A DNA stretch of 59,987 nt, the filler included. It is 4 parts of 4 records of this genome, joined end to end, with 100 filler letters (N's around TTAATTAATTAA, not from the genome) between each part and the next. Parts side by side here need not be neighbours in the genome. Positions count along the whole stretch, not along the records: positions 1 to 14,862 come from DRR378314_169; 3 more parts are not named here. One strand, 5' to 3'. The notes under the pieces were generated by a model. It was not told where the DNA came from, ran no database searches, and saw nothing but the letters and a program-made list of their open reading frames with translations. This document shows, one piece after another, positions 1 to 10,084 of this stretch; position 1 is the stretch's first letter, and every line of letters starts with the position of its first letter. The translations under genes and the position numbers were made by a program.

Positions 1-7
1 CCACCCT

Positions 8-30
8 TTCGCGGGCAGGCCCGCTCCCAC
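8..30 (-). repeat. GTGG-type REP palindrome
   Basis: Reverse complement reads GTGGGAGCGGGCCTGCCCGCGAA, nearly identical to 14838-14861 and resembling Pseudomonas-type REPs. Confidence 0.7.
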
Positions 31-38
31 GGAGCGCG

Positions 39-818
39 CTAAATGAGCCCTTCGCCGGGCGACGAGGGGTTGGCGTACACCCGCTTGGGCATGCGCCCGG
101 CCAGGAAGCCTTCGCGGCCCGCTTCAATGGCTTTTTTCATGGCGCCGGCCATCAGCACCGGCTTGTTGGCGTGGGCCACGGCGGAATTCAGCAGCACGCC
201 GTCGCAGCCCAGCTCCATGGCCAGGGTGGCGTCGCTGGGGGAGCCCACGCCGGCGTCGACGATGATCGGCACCTTGGCCTGCTCCATGATCAGCAGCAGG
301 CTGTGCGGGTTGAGAATGCCCAGCCCGGAGCCGATCAGCGAGCCCAGCGGCATCACCGCCACGCAGCCCATGTCTTCCAGCTCCTTGGCGACGATCGGGT
401 CGTCGTTGGTGTAGACCATCACCTGGAAGCCGTCGTCCACCAGCTCCCGGGCCGCCTTCACGGTACCGGCGATGTTCGGGTAGAGGGTCTTCTGGTCGCC
501 CAGCACCTCCAGCTTCACCAGGCTGTGGCCGTCGAGCAGCTCGCGGGCCAGCTTGCAGGTGCGCACCGCGTCCTCGGCGTTAAAGCAGCCGGCGGTGTTG
601 GGCAGGATGGTGTAGCGCTCCGGGCTGACGAAATCCAGCAGGTTGGGCTCGTCCGGGTTCTGGCCCAGGTTGGTGCGCCTCAGGGCCACGGTGACGATCT
701 CCGCGCCGCTGGCTTCGATGGCGTCCCGGGTTTCCTCGAAATCCTTGTACTTGCCGGTGCCGATCAGCAGCCGGGAGGCGTAGGTCTTGCCGGCGATGGT
801 GAGTAGGTCTTCGCTCAT
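39..818 (-). CDS. thiG: Thiazole synthase ThiG
   Basis: [42 protein letters not shown] motifs; start trimmed to MSEDLL at 818. Confidence 0.97.
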   Translation of the reverse strand: MSEDLLTIAGKTYASRLLIGTGKYKDFEETRDAIEASGAEIVTVALRRTNLGQNPDEPNLLDFVSPERYTILPNTAGCFNAEDAVRTCKLARELLDGHSLVKLEVLGDQKTLYPNIAGTVKAARELVDDGFQVMVYTNDDPIVAKELEDMGCVAVMPLGSLIGSGLGILNPHSLLLIMEQAKVPIIVDAGVGSPSDATLAMELGCDGVLLNSAVAHANKPVLMAGAMKKAIEAGREGFLAGRMPKRVYANPSSPGEGLI

Positions 819-858
819 GGTCGATTCCGTGTTGGAAGGTTCTGCATTCTGGTGAGCC

Positions 859-963
859 GTGCCCGCCATCCCTGGCGCGACGCCGTGCCTGTCGGGTCGC
901 CCGGCCCGGACATCCGTGTCCGGTCGTAAATCGCGCTGCGAAGCTTGCTTCGGTCGCGATTTA
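859..963. repeat. Cluster of three hairpins in the thiS-thiG spacer (REP/MITE-like)
   Basis: CGCCA-TCCC-TGGCG (864-877), CCGGACA-TCCG-TGTCCGG (906-923), TAAATCGCG..CGAAGC-TT-GCTTCG..CGCGATTTA (927-963). Confidence 0.55.
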
Positions 964-1158
964 CCCCCCTCCGATCGCATGGACGACTTCAACGGTGTCG
1001 CCCTCTCGCAGGGTATGGGTGTCGTGTTCGCTCTTCGGCACGATCTCCCGGTTCACCTCCACGGCGAGCCGCCGGCCGGTGAGGTTCAGCTCCGCCACCA
1101 GATCGGTCACCGTGGTGCCGTTGAAGGTGTGGGGGTCGCCGTTAACGATCAGATTCAT
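961..1158 (-). CDS. thiS: Sulfur carrier protein ThiS
   Basis: 65 aa MNLIVNG...[10 protein letters not shown]...EVVHAIGGG with C-terminal GG; adjacent to thiG. Confidence 0.96.
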   Translation of the reverse strand: MNLIVNGDPHTFNGTTVTDLVAELNLTGRRLAVEVNREIVPKSEHDTHTLREGDTVEVVHAIGGG

Positions 1159-1523
1159 AGCGCTTTCACCAGGGACCAGGTCAGCCACAGCCAGCCGATG
1201 ATCAGTGCCAGGCCGCCCAGCGGGGTCACCGCGCCGAGCCATTTCTGGCCGCTCAGCACCAGCACGTAAAGACTGCCGCTGAACACCAGCATGCCGGCGA
1301 ACAGAATCCAGCCGGCGGTGACCAGCCCGGACGCGCCGAACTGCTTGGCCAGCAGCCCGGTGAGCAGCAACGCCAGCGCATGGTAGAAGTGGTACTGGCT
1401 GGCGGTGCCCCAGATTTCCAGCATCGGGCCGTCCACCCGGGCCTTCAGCCCGTGGGCGCCGAACGCGCCGAGCAGCACGGCCAGGGCGCCGTTGAGCGCG
1501 CCCAGAATCAGCAGCAGTTTCAT
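1155..1523 (-). CDS. DUF423 (YgdD/TMEM256) membrane protein
   Basis: LGAFGAHGL, YHFYHAL, FSGSLY, GAVTPLGG motifs. Confidence 0.92.
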   Translation of the reverse strand: MKLLLILGALNGALAVLLGAFGAHGLKARVDGPMLEIWGTASQYHFYHALALLLTGLLAKQFGASGLVTAGWILFAGMLVFSGSLYVLVLSGQKWLGAVTPLGGLALIIGWLWLTWSLVKAL

Positions 1524-1606
1524 AATCGGCAGTGTGTAATGAGTGTGGGCGGCAGTATAAAAGATGTGGAGTCAAAAGGGGGCGTCCTCAACCCCGCCGC
1601 GCCCAT

Positions 1607-1637
1607 AAAAAAGCCCCGCCGGGACACGGCGGGGCTT
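1607..1637 (-). terminator. Rho-independent terminator of rpoH
   Basis: AAGCCCCGCCG/CGGCGGGGCTT stem followed by a T-tract on the minus strand. Confidence 0.8.
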
Positions 1638-1676
1638 GCTTGCAAGGCAGATCGATCAGAGTCGCCCGCCGCCAAA

Positions 1677-2540
1677 TCAGGCAGCGATGGCGTTACGCAA
1701 CTTCTTCAGCGCGTTGTTCTCGAGCTGGCGGATGCGTTCGGCGGAAACGCCGTACTCGTCAGCCAGTTCCTGAAGGGTGGACTTCTGGTCGGCCAGCCAA
1801 CGGCGCTCGAGAATGTCGCGGCTGCGCTCGTCCAGGGTCATGATCGCCGAGCCCAGCTGGCGCGAGCTGCGCTGCTGATCGTCCTCGGCGGCGACCAGGT
1901 CGGCCGGGTCGCTGTTGTCGCTGTGCAGATAGGCCGCCGGCGACGGAATCGGGCTGTCTTCGTCGTCGCTGGTGGGGCCGTCGAAGCTGGCGTCGAAGGC
2001 GCCGAGACGGCCTTCCATCTCCTTCACCTGGGTGGCGGTCACCCCCAGATCGTCGGCCACGCGCTGGGCTTCTTCCGTGGTCAGGCGGCCGAGACGCTTC
2101 TTCTGGCCGCGCAGGTTGAAGAACAGTTTGCGCTGGGCCTTGGTGGTGGCCACCTTGACGATGCGCCAGTTCTTGATCACGTATTCGTGGATTTCGGCCT
2201 TGATCCAGTGCACGGCGAAACTCACCAGCCGCACGCCCTTGGACGGGTCGAACCGTTTCACGGCCTTCATCAGGCCGACGTTGCCTTCCTGGATCAGGTC
2301 GCCCAGGGGCAGGCCGTAACCGGTGTAGCTGCGGGCGATGTGAACCACGAAGCGCAGGTGGGCGAGCACCAGATTACGGGCGGCGTCCAGGTCTTCGTCG
2401 AAGTACAACCGCTCGGTCAGCTGACGCTCTTCGTCGACGCTGAGCACGGGCACGCTGTTCACCGCGCGGATATAGGCATCCAGGTCGTGACCCGGGACCG
2501 CCAGCGGTAATGCGTTAGCCTGTTGCAGTTGTGTTTTCAT
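1677..2540 (-). CDS. rpoH: RNA polymerase sigma-32 RpoH
   Basis: [19 protein letters not shown], RpoH box [17 protein letters not shown]-terminal [25 protein letters not shown] before the 2540 ATG; downstream of ftsX. Confidence 0.97.
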   Translation of the reverse strand: MKTQLQQANALPLAVPGHDLDAYIRAVNSVPVLSVDEERQLTERLYFDEDLDAARNLVLAHLRFVVHIARSYTGYGLPLGDLIQEGNVGLMKAVKRFDPSKGVRLVSFAVHWIKAEIHEYVIKNWRIVKVATTKAQRKLFFNLRGQKKRLGRLTTEEAQRVADDLGVTATQVKEMEGRLGAFDASFDGPTSDDEDSPIPSPAAYLHSDNSDPADLVAAEDDQQRSSRQLGSAIMTLDERSRDILERRWLADQKSTLQELADEYGVSAERIRQLENNALKKLRNAIAA

Positions 2541-2574
2541 GTCTCCCTTCTCCCTTATTGGGTTGGGCATGATG

Positions 2575-2601
2575 TTAGCACTCGGATTCTTGGAGTGCTA
2601 A
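2575..2601. promoter_or_regulatory. CIRCE element (HrcA operator)
   Basis: TTAGCACTC-GGATTCTTG-GAGTGCTAA is a perfect TTAGCACTC-N9-GAGTGCTAA, about 35 bp upstream of rpoH. Confidence 0.93.
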
Positions 2602-2617
2602 TAGCCGGATTGGTTCC
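2590..2617 (-). promoter_or_regulatory. Candidate sigmaE/AlgU-type promoter of rpoH overlapping CIRCE
   Basis: Minus strand GGAACCA-N16-TCCAA resembles GGAACTT-N16-TCnAA. Confidence 0.45.
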
Positions 2618-2780
2618 CCGTCATTCATCCTCTCAATGACGGGGCCGGACGGGGGATCCAGGCTACCCGAAGCGGGTGACCGTTCCGTGATCCCGGTCAA
2701 TGCTGGGACACCCAATGTAGGAGAGATTTCCCTCCGGAGGGGTAAAGAAACGAAAAAAAGCGGCGGCCCCAAAGCAGGGC

Positions 2781-3764
2781 TCAGAACTGCGGCTCCACAT
2801 CGCCCAGATGCCGGCTCACCGCCAGCCAGGCGCCCAGCAGCCCCAGGGTGCCGCTGAACAGGGGCAACACCAGCACGGTGGACGGGCTCATGCCGGTGAG
2901 CGAGTGCTCGCTTTCATAGAGGTTCAGCAGCTCGTCGATGGGCCCGCCCAGCCACCACAGCGCGGTGCCCACCAGCACCAGGGACAGCACGCCCCCGGCG
3001 AACCCGAAGCAAAACCCGCTGTACAGAAACGGGCGGCGCACGAAGCCGTCGGTGCCGCCGACGATCTTGATCACCACGATCTCCTCGCGCCGGCTTTCGA
3101 TGGCCAGGCGAATGGTGTTCACCACCACCAGCACCACGGCGGCGGCCAGGCCCAGGGTAAGCACGCCGATCAGCCGGTCCCCCAGCTCGATAATGGCGTG
3201 CAGGCGGCGCACCCAGGCCACGTCGAGCTGGGCGTTGTCCACTTCCGGCAGGGCGTTGAGCCGGGTTTGCAGCGCCTCCACCTGGCCGGGGGCGGTGTTG
3301 TCCGGGTAGACCACGATCAGCGGCGGCAGCGGGTTGTCCGGCAGGGCTTCGAGCACGTCGCCGAAGCCGGACAGCGCCTTGAACTCGTCCAGGGCCTGGG
3401 CGCGGGTGATCACCTCGGTGCGTTTCACCGTGTCGAAGTCCGCCCAGTCGTCGGCCAGCCGCCGTTGCCGGTCCTCGTCCACGTCCATTTCCAGGAACAC
3501 GGACAGGTGGGCGTTGCCGTCCCAGCCCTTGGTGATCACGCGGGCGTTGTCCAGCAGCACCGCCAGCCCGGCGGGCAGCGCCAGGGCGATGGCGATCACC
3601 AGCACCGTCATCAGGGCGCTGGAGGGGGCGGCGCGCATCCGGTTGAGGGCGTCGCGCAGGGAGTCCCGGTGGTGGTGGCGCCAGGCCCGCAGGCGGTCGC
3701 CCAGGGAGGTGCGCGTGCTGCGGGCGCCGCCGGGCCGGCGGGCGCGGGGGCTGTTAGGCGCCAT
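2781..3764 (-). CDS. ftsX: Cell division permease FtsX
   Basis: TM pattern, NPLP, NTIRLAIESRREEIVVIKIVGGTDGFVRRPFLY; in the ftsYEX operon. Confidence 0.95.
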   Translation of the reverse strand: MAPNSPRARRPGGARSTRTSLGDRLRAWRHHHRDSLRDALNRMRAAPSSALMTVLVIAIALALPAGLAVLLDNARVITKGWDGNAHLSVFLEMDVDEDRQRRLADDWADFDTVKRTEVITRAQALDEFKALSGFGDVLEALPDNPLPPLIVVYPDNTAPGQVEALQTRLNALPEVDNAQLDVAWVRRLHAIIELGDRLIGVLTLGLAAAVVLVVVNTIRLAIESRREEIVVIKIVGGTDGFVRRPFLYSGFCFGFAGGVLSLVLVGTALWWLGGPIDELLNLYESEHSLTGMSPSTVLVLPLFSGTLGLLGAWLAVSRHLGDVEPQF

Positions 3765-4434
3765 GGTCGTCGTCCTCGCCGTCGTGAATCAGGCGGCCTT
3801 CGCGCAGCGTCAGCAGGCGGTGCCGGTGGCGGGCGATCAGCGACAGGTCGTGGGTGGCGATCAGCACCGCCACGCCGACCCGGGCGAAGTCATGGAACAG
3901 GTCCATGATCTCGGCGCTGAGCGCCGGGTCCAGGTTGCCGGTGGGCTCGTCGGCGAGAAGCAGCGGCGGCTTGTTGACCACCGCCCGGGCGATGCCCACG
4001 CGCTGCTGCTCGCCGCCGGAAAGCATGATCGGGTTGAGCTTTTCCTTGTTGAGCAGGCCCACCTTGTCCAGGGCCGCGCGCACCCGCTTGCCGATGTCGG
4101 CGCGGGCGAAGCCGGCGATCACCAGCGGCAGGGCCACGTTGTCGAACACGCTGCGGTCGAACAGTAACTGGTGGTTCTGGTGCACCATGCCGATCTTGCG
4201 GCGCAGGAAGGGCACCTGCCGGGTGCTGAAGCCGTTCAGGTTCTGGCCTTCCACGAACACCTGCCCCTGGGTGGGGCGTTCGATCATCATGATCAGCTTG
4301 AGCAGCGTCGACTTGCCGGCGCCGGAGTGACCGGTGAGAAAGGTCAGTTGGCCGGCGGGCAGCTCGAAGTTGATGCGGCGCAGGGCGTCCTTGCCGTTCG
4401 GGTAGCGCTTGCTGACCCGATCAAACTTGATCAT
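3754..4434 (-). CDS. ftsE: Cell division ATP-binding protein FtsE
   Basis: GHSGAGKST, LSGGEQQRVGIARA, LLADEPTGNLD. Confidence 0.96.
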   Translation of the reverse strand: MIKFDRVSKRYPNGKDALRRINFELPAGQLTFLTGHSGAGKSTLLKLIMMIERPTQGQVFVEGQNLNGFSTRQVPFLRRKIGMVHQNHQLLFDRSVFDNVALPLVIAGFARADIGKRVRAALDKVGLLNKEKLNPIMLSGGEQQRVGIARAVVNKPPLLLADEPTGNLDPALSAEIMDLFHDFARVGVAVLIATHDLSLIARHRHRLLTLREGRLIHDGEDDDHGA

Positions 4435-4443
4435 GGGAGTCCT

Positions 4444-5616
4444 TCATCGGGCCACGTCCTCGAACAGCGCCTGGACGAATTCCTCGGCGTTGAACGGGCG
4501 CAGGTCTTCCAGCTGTTCGCCGACGCCGATAAAGCGGATCGGCAGGCCGGTGCGCTTGGCCAGCGCGAACAGAATGCCGCCCTTGGCGGTGCCGTCCAGC
4601 TTGGTCAGCACCAGGCCGGTGACCCCGGCGGTGTCGCGGAACTCCTCGGCCTGATTGATGGCATTCTGGCCGGTGCCGGCGTCCAGCACCAGCAGCACCT
4701 CATGGGGTGCGTCCGGCGACAGCTTCTTCATTACCCGGGTGACCTTGGACAGCTCTTCCATCAGGTTGCCCCGGGTGTGCAGGCGGCCGGCGGTGTCCGC
4801 GATCAGCACGTCGGCGCCCCGGGACTGGGCCGCATGCACCGCGTCGTAGACCACGCTGGCGGAATCCGAGCCGGTGTGCTGGGCGACCACCGGAATGCTG
4901 TTGCGCTCGCCCCACACCCGCAGTTGCTCCACGGCGGCGGCCCGGAAGGTGTCGCCGGCGGCCAGCATCACGTTCTTGCCTTCGGCCTTGAAGCGGCAGG
5001 CCAGCTTGCCGATGGTGGTGGTCTTGCCGACCCCGTTCACGCCCACCATCAGAATCACATAGGGCTTTTTGGAGGTGTCGATTTCCAGCGGCCGGTCCAC
5101 CGGGACCAGCAGGTTGCGCAGCTCTTCCTGCAGCGCTTCGTAGAGCGCGTCCGCGTGCACCAGTTCCTGACGGCCGACCCGGTCGGTGAGGTTGCCGATG
5201 ATGGTGTCGGTGGCTTCCACGCCCACGTCCGCCACCAGCAGCTGAGTCTCGATTTCCTCGAAGATCTCGTCGTCGATCTCCTTGGCGCCCACCAGCAGGT
5301 CCGCCAGGCCCTTGCCCAGGTTCTTGCTGGTCTTGCTCATGCCCTGCTTCATGCGCGCCCAGAAACCGCCGTCGGATTCGGCGGGCGCCTCCTCGGGCGC
5401 GGCTACCGGCTCGCTGGCCGGGCGCTCGGGCTGTGCCGGGGCTTCCGCCGGCTCGGCGCTGTCCGGCTCGGGTTCGGACGGTTGCGGCTGCTTGCCGAAC
5501 ATGCGCGAGAACAGGCCGGCCTTCCTGGCGCCGCCGCGCGGTTCGTCGTCACGGGGCGTGCGGGCGCTGTCCTCGGCCGGGTCGCGATCGTCGTCGCGTG
5601 AAACTTCGTCGTTCAT
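4444..5616 (-). CDS. ftsY: SRP receptor FtsY
   Basis: Acidic N-terminus, GVNGVGKTTT, DTFRAAA, DTAGR, TKLDGTAKGG. Confidence 0.97.
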   Translation of the reverse strand: MNDEVSRDDDRDPAEDSARTPRDDEPRGGARKAGLFSRMFGKQPQPSEPEPDSAEPAEAPAQPERPASEPVAAPEEAPAESDGGFWARMKQGMSKTSKNLGKGLADLLVGAKEIDDEIFEEIETQLLVADVGVEATDTIIGNLTDRVGRQELVHADALYEALQEELRNLLVPVDRPLEIDTSKKPYVILMVGVNGVGKTTTIGKLACRFKAEGKNVMLAAGDTFRAAAVEQLRVWGERNSIPVVAQHTGSDSASVVYDAVHAAQSRGADVLIADTAGRLHTRGNLMEELSKVTRVMKKLSPDAPHEVLLVLDAGTGQNAINQAEEFRDTAGVTGLVLTKLDGTAKGGILFALAKRTGLPIRFIGVGEQLEDLRPFNAEEFVQALFEDVAR

Positions 5617-5764
5617 GGTCAGTCGTATCCATCGGGTTGGGAGCCACCCGCCCGCCTGATGGGGTAGGGTGGGAGCCCGGAAATGCCTTGCCCGCTCATC
5701 ACGGGCGCGCGGCTATCCTACCATTGTCATTGCTGCCCGCCATAAACAGCGTAGAGGATTGCGG

Positions 5765-7087
5765 ATGAAACCACTGTTGATCGCCTTGGGGTTGAGCCTG
5801 ATCACGCTCACCGCCCGCGCCGAACTGCCGACCCACGAGTTCCAGCTCGATAACGGCCTCGACGTGCTGGTACGCGAGGATCACCGGGCGCCGGTGATCA
5901 CCGTCATGGTCTGGTTCAAGGCGGGCAGCATCGATGAGGCCCCCTATGAAACCGGCCTGGCCCATGTGCTCGAGCACATGATGTTCAAGGGCAGCAAGCG
6001 GCTCGACGCCGGCGAGTTTTCGCGCACCGTGGCCCGCTTCGGCGGCAGCGACAACGCCTTCACCAGCTACGACTTCACCGCCTATTTCCAGCAGTACGAG
6101 GCGTCGCGGCTGCCGCTGGCCCTGGAACTGGAGGCGGAGCGCCTGAAAAACCTGAAGATCGACGACGAATCCTTCCGCCGCGAACTGCAGGTGGTGATGG
6201 AAGAGCGCCGCCAGCGCACCGACGACAAGCCCACGGCGCTGGCCTGGGAAAAATTCCAGGCGGTGGCGCGGCCCGGCACCGGCTACGCCCACCCGATCAT
6301 CGGCTGGCGCGACCAGCTGGCCCAGCTGCAGCCGCAGCAGGCCCGCGACTGGTATGACCGCTTCTACGTGCCCGGCAACGCCACCCTGGTGATCGCCGGT
6401 GACGTGACCCCGGAGCAGGTACGTCCGCTGGTGGAAAAGTTCTTCGCCGATCTGCCCCGCGGCGAAACGCCGCCGCGCCCGGAGACCACGCTCAACCCGC
6501 CCCCCGGCGAGCGGCGCATGACCCTGCGGCTGCCGGTGCGGGTGCCGGCGCTCTATATGAGTTATAACGTGCCGTCGCTGACCACCGCCGACCATCAGGA
6601 CGACTTCTATGCCCTGACCATGCTGGGCGGGGTGCTCGACGGCGGCACCAGCGCCCGCATGGAGAGCAACCTGGTGCGCGGCCAGCGCCTGGCCGCCGGC
6701 CTGGGGGCCGGTTACGACGGCCTGCAGCGCGGCAACGGCACCTTTACCATCACCGCCACGCCCAACCCGGCGGTGAGCCTCGACCAGCTTGAGGCCGCGA
6801 TCAAAGCGGAGATCAAGAAGATCGCCGAGCAGCCGCCCAGCGAGGCGGAAATGGACCGGGTACGGGCCGGGGTGCTGGCGGAGCAGATCTACCAGCGCGA
6901 CTCGGTGATGGGCCAGGCCATGGAGCTGGGCACCCTGTCGGTGCTGGGCCTGGACTGGCGGCTGGCCGGGCAATTCGATGACAACCTGGAAGCGGTGACC
7001 CCCGAGCAGGTTCAGCAAGCGGCACGGAAGTGGCTGGTGGCGGAACGCAGCGCCGTGGCCCATGTGATTCCGGAGGGCGAAGAATGA
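5765..7087 (+). CDS. M16 family zinc peptidase, catalytic subunit
   Basis: Signal peptide, GLAHVLEHMMFKGS (HxxEH), NAFTSYDFTAY. Confidence 0.93.
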   Translation: MKPLLIALGLSLITLTARAELPTHEFQLDNGLDVLVREDHRAPVITVMVWFKAGSIDEAPYETGLAHVLEHMMFKGSKRLDAGEFSRTVARFGGSDNAFTSYDFTAYFQQYEASRLPLALELEAERLKNLKIDDESFRRELQVVMEERRQRTDDKPTALAWEKFQAVARPGTGYAHPIIGWRDQLAQLQPQQARDWYDRFYVPGNATLVIAGDVTPEQVRPLVEKFFADLPRGETPPRPETTLNPPPGERRMTLRLPVRVPALYMSYNVPSLTTADHQDDFYALTMLGGVLDGGTSARMESNLVRGQRLAAGLGAGYDGLQRGNGTFTITATPNPAVSLDQLEAAIKAEIKKIAEQPPSEAEMDRVRAGVLAEQIYQRDSVMGQAMELGTLSVLGLDWRLAGQFDDNLEAVTPEQVQQAARKWLVAERSAVAHVIPEGEE

Positions 7088-8469
7088 TGCAGACGATAAA
7101 AGGCTTGTCCGCCCCAGTGGCGGTATGGGTGGCGGCGCTGCTGCTGGCCGGCTGCGCCGGCTTCCCGACCACCGCCGAGCAGGTCGGCCAGGCGACGCCG
7201 GCGGCGCCGGAACTGGAGATTCAGTCCTGGCGTACCGAACAGGGCGCCAAGGTCATGTTCGTGCCCTCGCCGGCGCTGCCGATGCTCGACGTGCGCCTGG
7301 TGATGGACGCCGGCAGCGCCCGCGACGGCGACCAGCCCGGCGTGGCCGCGCTCACCAGCGCCCTGCTGGGCGAGGGCGCCGAAGGGCTGAGCGTGGACGA
7401 CATCGCCCGTGGTTTCGAGGATCGCGGCGCCCGCTTCTCCACCGGCAGCTATCAGGACATGGGCGTGATCAGCCTGCGCACCCTGTCGCGGCCGCGCTGG
7501 CGTGACGACGCCGTGGACCTGTTGGCGCGGGTGATCGGCACCCCCACCTTTCCCGAGGACGCCCTGGAGCGGATCCGCACCAGTGCCCTGCAGGGCCTGA
7601 AGATGGAGAAGCAGGTGCCCGGGCCGCAGGTCAACAAGGCGTTCCAGCGCACCCTGTTCGGCGATCATCCTTACGGCCATCCGCAGTCCGGCACGCTGGA
7701 AAGCCTGCCCGGCATCGAGCGCGACGATCTGGTGGCGTTCCATCAGCGCTATTACGCCGCCGGCAACGCCGTCATCGCCCTGGTCGGTGACGTCAGCCGC
7801 GAGCAGGCGGAAGCGATCGCCGAACAGCTCAGCGAGGCCCTGCCGCGCGGCGACGCGGCCCCGGAGCTGGCCCGGGCCGAGCGTCTCAAGGAGCGTGTCA
7901 CCGAACACGTGGATTTCCCGTCCAACCAGACCCACATCCTGATCGGCAACCAGGCCACCTGGCGCGGCAACCCCGACCATGTGCCGCTGTACGTGGGCAA
8001 TTACATCCTCGGCGGCGGGGGCTTCGCGTCCTTGCTGACGCAGAAAGTGCGGGAAGAGAAAGGCTACGTTTACGGGGTGTCCAGCTTCTTCAAGCCGATG
8101 GCCGCCGGCGGCCCCTTTATCCTGCAATTGCAGACCGCCAACGACAACGCCGACCAGGCGCTGGCTTTGTCCATGGGCATCGTGCGGGACTTCATCGAAA
8201 ACGGCCCCACCGAAGCGCAGCTGGAGGCCGCCAAGGCCAACATTCTCGGCAGCCGGGCACTGGAAACCGCCGACAACAGCGATATCATCGGCCAGCTCGG
8301 CGCCATCGGCTTCTATGATTTGCCGCTGGACTACCTGCAGCGCTTTAACCAGCGCGTGGAGGCGGTGACCGTGGAAGAGATCCGCGCGGCGTTCCAGCGG
8401 GCGCTGGACGCCGACCGGCTGGCCATCGTCAGCATCGGCCCCCGCGCGCCGCAAACGGACCGGCAATGA
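7084..8469 (+). CDS. M16 family peptidase, non-catalytic subunit (lipoprotein)
   Basis: LAGC lipobox, DAGSARDG, lacks HxxEH, LGGGGFASLL..VREEKGYVYG. Confidence 0.9.
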   Translation: MMQTIKGLSAPVAVWVAALLLAGCAGFPTTAEQVGQATPAAPELEIQSWRTEQGAKVMFVPSPALPMLDVRLVMDAGSARDGDQPGVAALTSALLGEGAEGLSVDDIARGFEDRGARFSTGSYQDMGVISLRTLSRPRWRDDAVDLLARVIGTPTFPEDALERIRTSALQGLKMEKQVPGPQVNKAFQRTLFGDHPYGHPQSGTLESLPGIERDDLVAFHQRYYAAGNAVIALVGDVSREQAEAIAEQLSEALPRGDAAPELARAERLKERVTEHVDFPSNQTHILIGNQATWRGNPDHVPLYVGNYILGGGGFASLLTQKVREEKGYVYGVSSFFKPMAAGGPFILQLQTANDNADQALALSMGIVRDFIENGPTEAQLEAAKANILGSRALETADNSDIIGQLGAIGFYDLPLDYLQRFNQRVEAVTVEEIRAAFQRALDADRLAIVSIGPRAPQTDRQ

Positions 8470-9041
8470 AGGCAAGAGGCAAAACCAGCAAGGGGCAGGT
8501 GCGTATCATCGGCGGCGAACGGCGCGGCCACCGGCTGCATTTCGTCGACCAGCGCGGTGACCTGCGCCCGTCCTCGGATCGCATGCGCGAAACCCTGTTC
8601 AACTGGCTGCAGGCGGAACTGCCTGGCGCCCGGGTGCTGGACCTGTTCGCCGGGTCCGGCGCGCTGGGCGCCGAGGCGCTGAGCCGTGGCGCCGGCCAGG
8701 CCCTGCTGGTGGAGAAAAAGCGCGACCGCTGCGCGGACCTCAGTCGGCAGCTGACGCCGCTGTTCGGCGAGCGGGTGCGCGTTCATTGCGCCGAGGCGCT
8801 CAAATGGCTGGCGCGCTGCGAGGAGCGCTTCGATCTGGTGTTTATCGATCCACCCTATGATCTGGGTCTGGCGGCGCCGGCCTGCGAGGCACTGGAGGCG
8901 CTCGGGCTGCTGAAACCCGATGCGCGGATTTATGTAGAATCGCGCCGTCACGACGCGGCGCCGGCGGTGCCCGAATCCTGGGAGCGCCTGCGCGAGAAGG
9001 ACGGCGGCGACGTACGTGCCCAACTCTACCGCCGACCCTGA
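8466..9041 (+). CDS. rsmD: 16S rRNA m2G966 methyltransferase RsmD
   Basis: VRIIGG, LRPSSDRMRETLFNWL, LDLFAGSGALG, FIDPPY. Confidence 0.95.
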   Translation: MKARGKTSKGQVRIIGGERRGHRLHFVDQRGDLRPSSDRMRETLFNWLQAELPGARVLDLFAGSGALGAEALSRGAGQALLVEKKRDRCADLSRQLTPLFGERVRVHCAEALKWLARCEERFDLVFIDPPYDLGLAAPACEALEALGLLKPDARIYVESRRHDAAPAVPESWERLREKDGGDVRAQLYRRP

Positions 9042-9094
9042 GCGCCGGGCCGGTGTGGTTGGTTTTTGGTTTTCAATAACGAAGGTGTCTGACT

Positions 9095-10072
9095 ATGTGG
9101 CTTGCTCTGGGGGCGGTGATCGCCGGTCTTGTGGTTCTGGTATGGAGCGCCGACCGTTTCGTGGACGGTGCTTCAGCCACCGCCCGGCACGCCGGCATGC
9201 CCACGCTGCTGGTCGGCATGCTGGTGATCGGCTTCGGCACCTCGGCGCCGGAGATGGTGGTCTCGGCGCTGGCCTCCTCGGACGGTAACCCGGGCCTGGC
9301 CCTGGGCAACGCCTACGGCTCCAACATCACCAATATCGCGCTGATCCTGGGCCTGGTGGCGCTGCTCAGCCCGATCTCGGTGCACTCCTCGGTGCTGCGG
9401 CGCGAGCTGCCGGTGCTGGCGGTGATCATGCTGCTGGCCGGTTACCAGCTTTACGACGGCCAGGTCAGCCACCTGGACGCCGTGGTGCTGCTGGCGGTGT
9501 TCTTTATGCTGATGGGCTGGTCGGTGTACCAGGGCATGACCGGCAAGGGCGATCCCATTGTCGGCGACGTGGACGCCGCCGCCGAGGAACCCATGCCGCT
9601 GGGTCGCGCCATCTTCTGGCTGGTGTTCGGGCTGGTGCTGCTGGTGGCCAGCTCGCGCCTGCTGGTGTGGGGCGCGGTGAGCATCGCCGAGGGCCTGGGC
9701 GTCAGCGATCTGATCATCGGCCTGACCGTGGTGGCGGTGGGCACCTCCCTGCCGGAGCTGGCCTCGGCGCTGGCGGCGGTGCGCAAGAACGAGCACGATC
9801 TGGCGCTGGGCAATGTGCTAGGCTCGAACCTGTTCAATACCCTGGCGGTGGTGGGCATCGCCGGTGCGATCACGCCGGTGCCGGCGGAGCCCGCCGTGTT
9901 CTATCGGGACTGGGTGGTGATGACGGTGCTCACCGTGGCGCTGTTCCTGATGGGCTACGGGTTCCGCGGCGTCGGCACCGGGCGCATCAACCGCATCGAG
10001 GGCGGCATTTTGCTGGCCATTTATCTGGGTTATACCGGTTACCTGGTGTCCACCCTGGTGCCCGGCGGCTGA
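9095..10072 (+). CDS. Calcium/sodium antiporter (YrbG family)
   Basis: Two alpha repeats GTSAPE..GNAYGSN and GTSLPE..GNVLGSN. Confidence 0.93.
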   Translation: MWLALGAVIAGLVVLVWSADRFVDGASATARHAGMPTLLVGMLVIGFGTSAPEMVVSALASSDGNPGLALGNAYGSNITNIALILGLVALLSPISVHSSVLRRELPVLAVIMLLAGYQLYDGQVSHLDAVVLLAVFFMLMGWSVYQGMTGKGDPIVGDVDAAAEEPMPLGRAIFWLVFGLVLLVASSRLLVWGAVSIAEGLGVSDLIIGLTVVAVGTSLPELASALAAVRKNEHDLALGNVLGSNLFNTLAVVGIAGAITPVPAEPAVFYRDWVVMTVLTVALFLMGYGFRGVGTGRINRIEGGILLAIYLGYTGYLVSTLVPGG

Positions 10073-10084
10073 CAGGAGTCACAC

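Noticed and set aside
7084..8469. M16 protein lacking HxxEH as a pseudogene
   Set aside because: Normal non-catalytic partner of heterodimeric M16B peptidases
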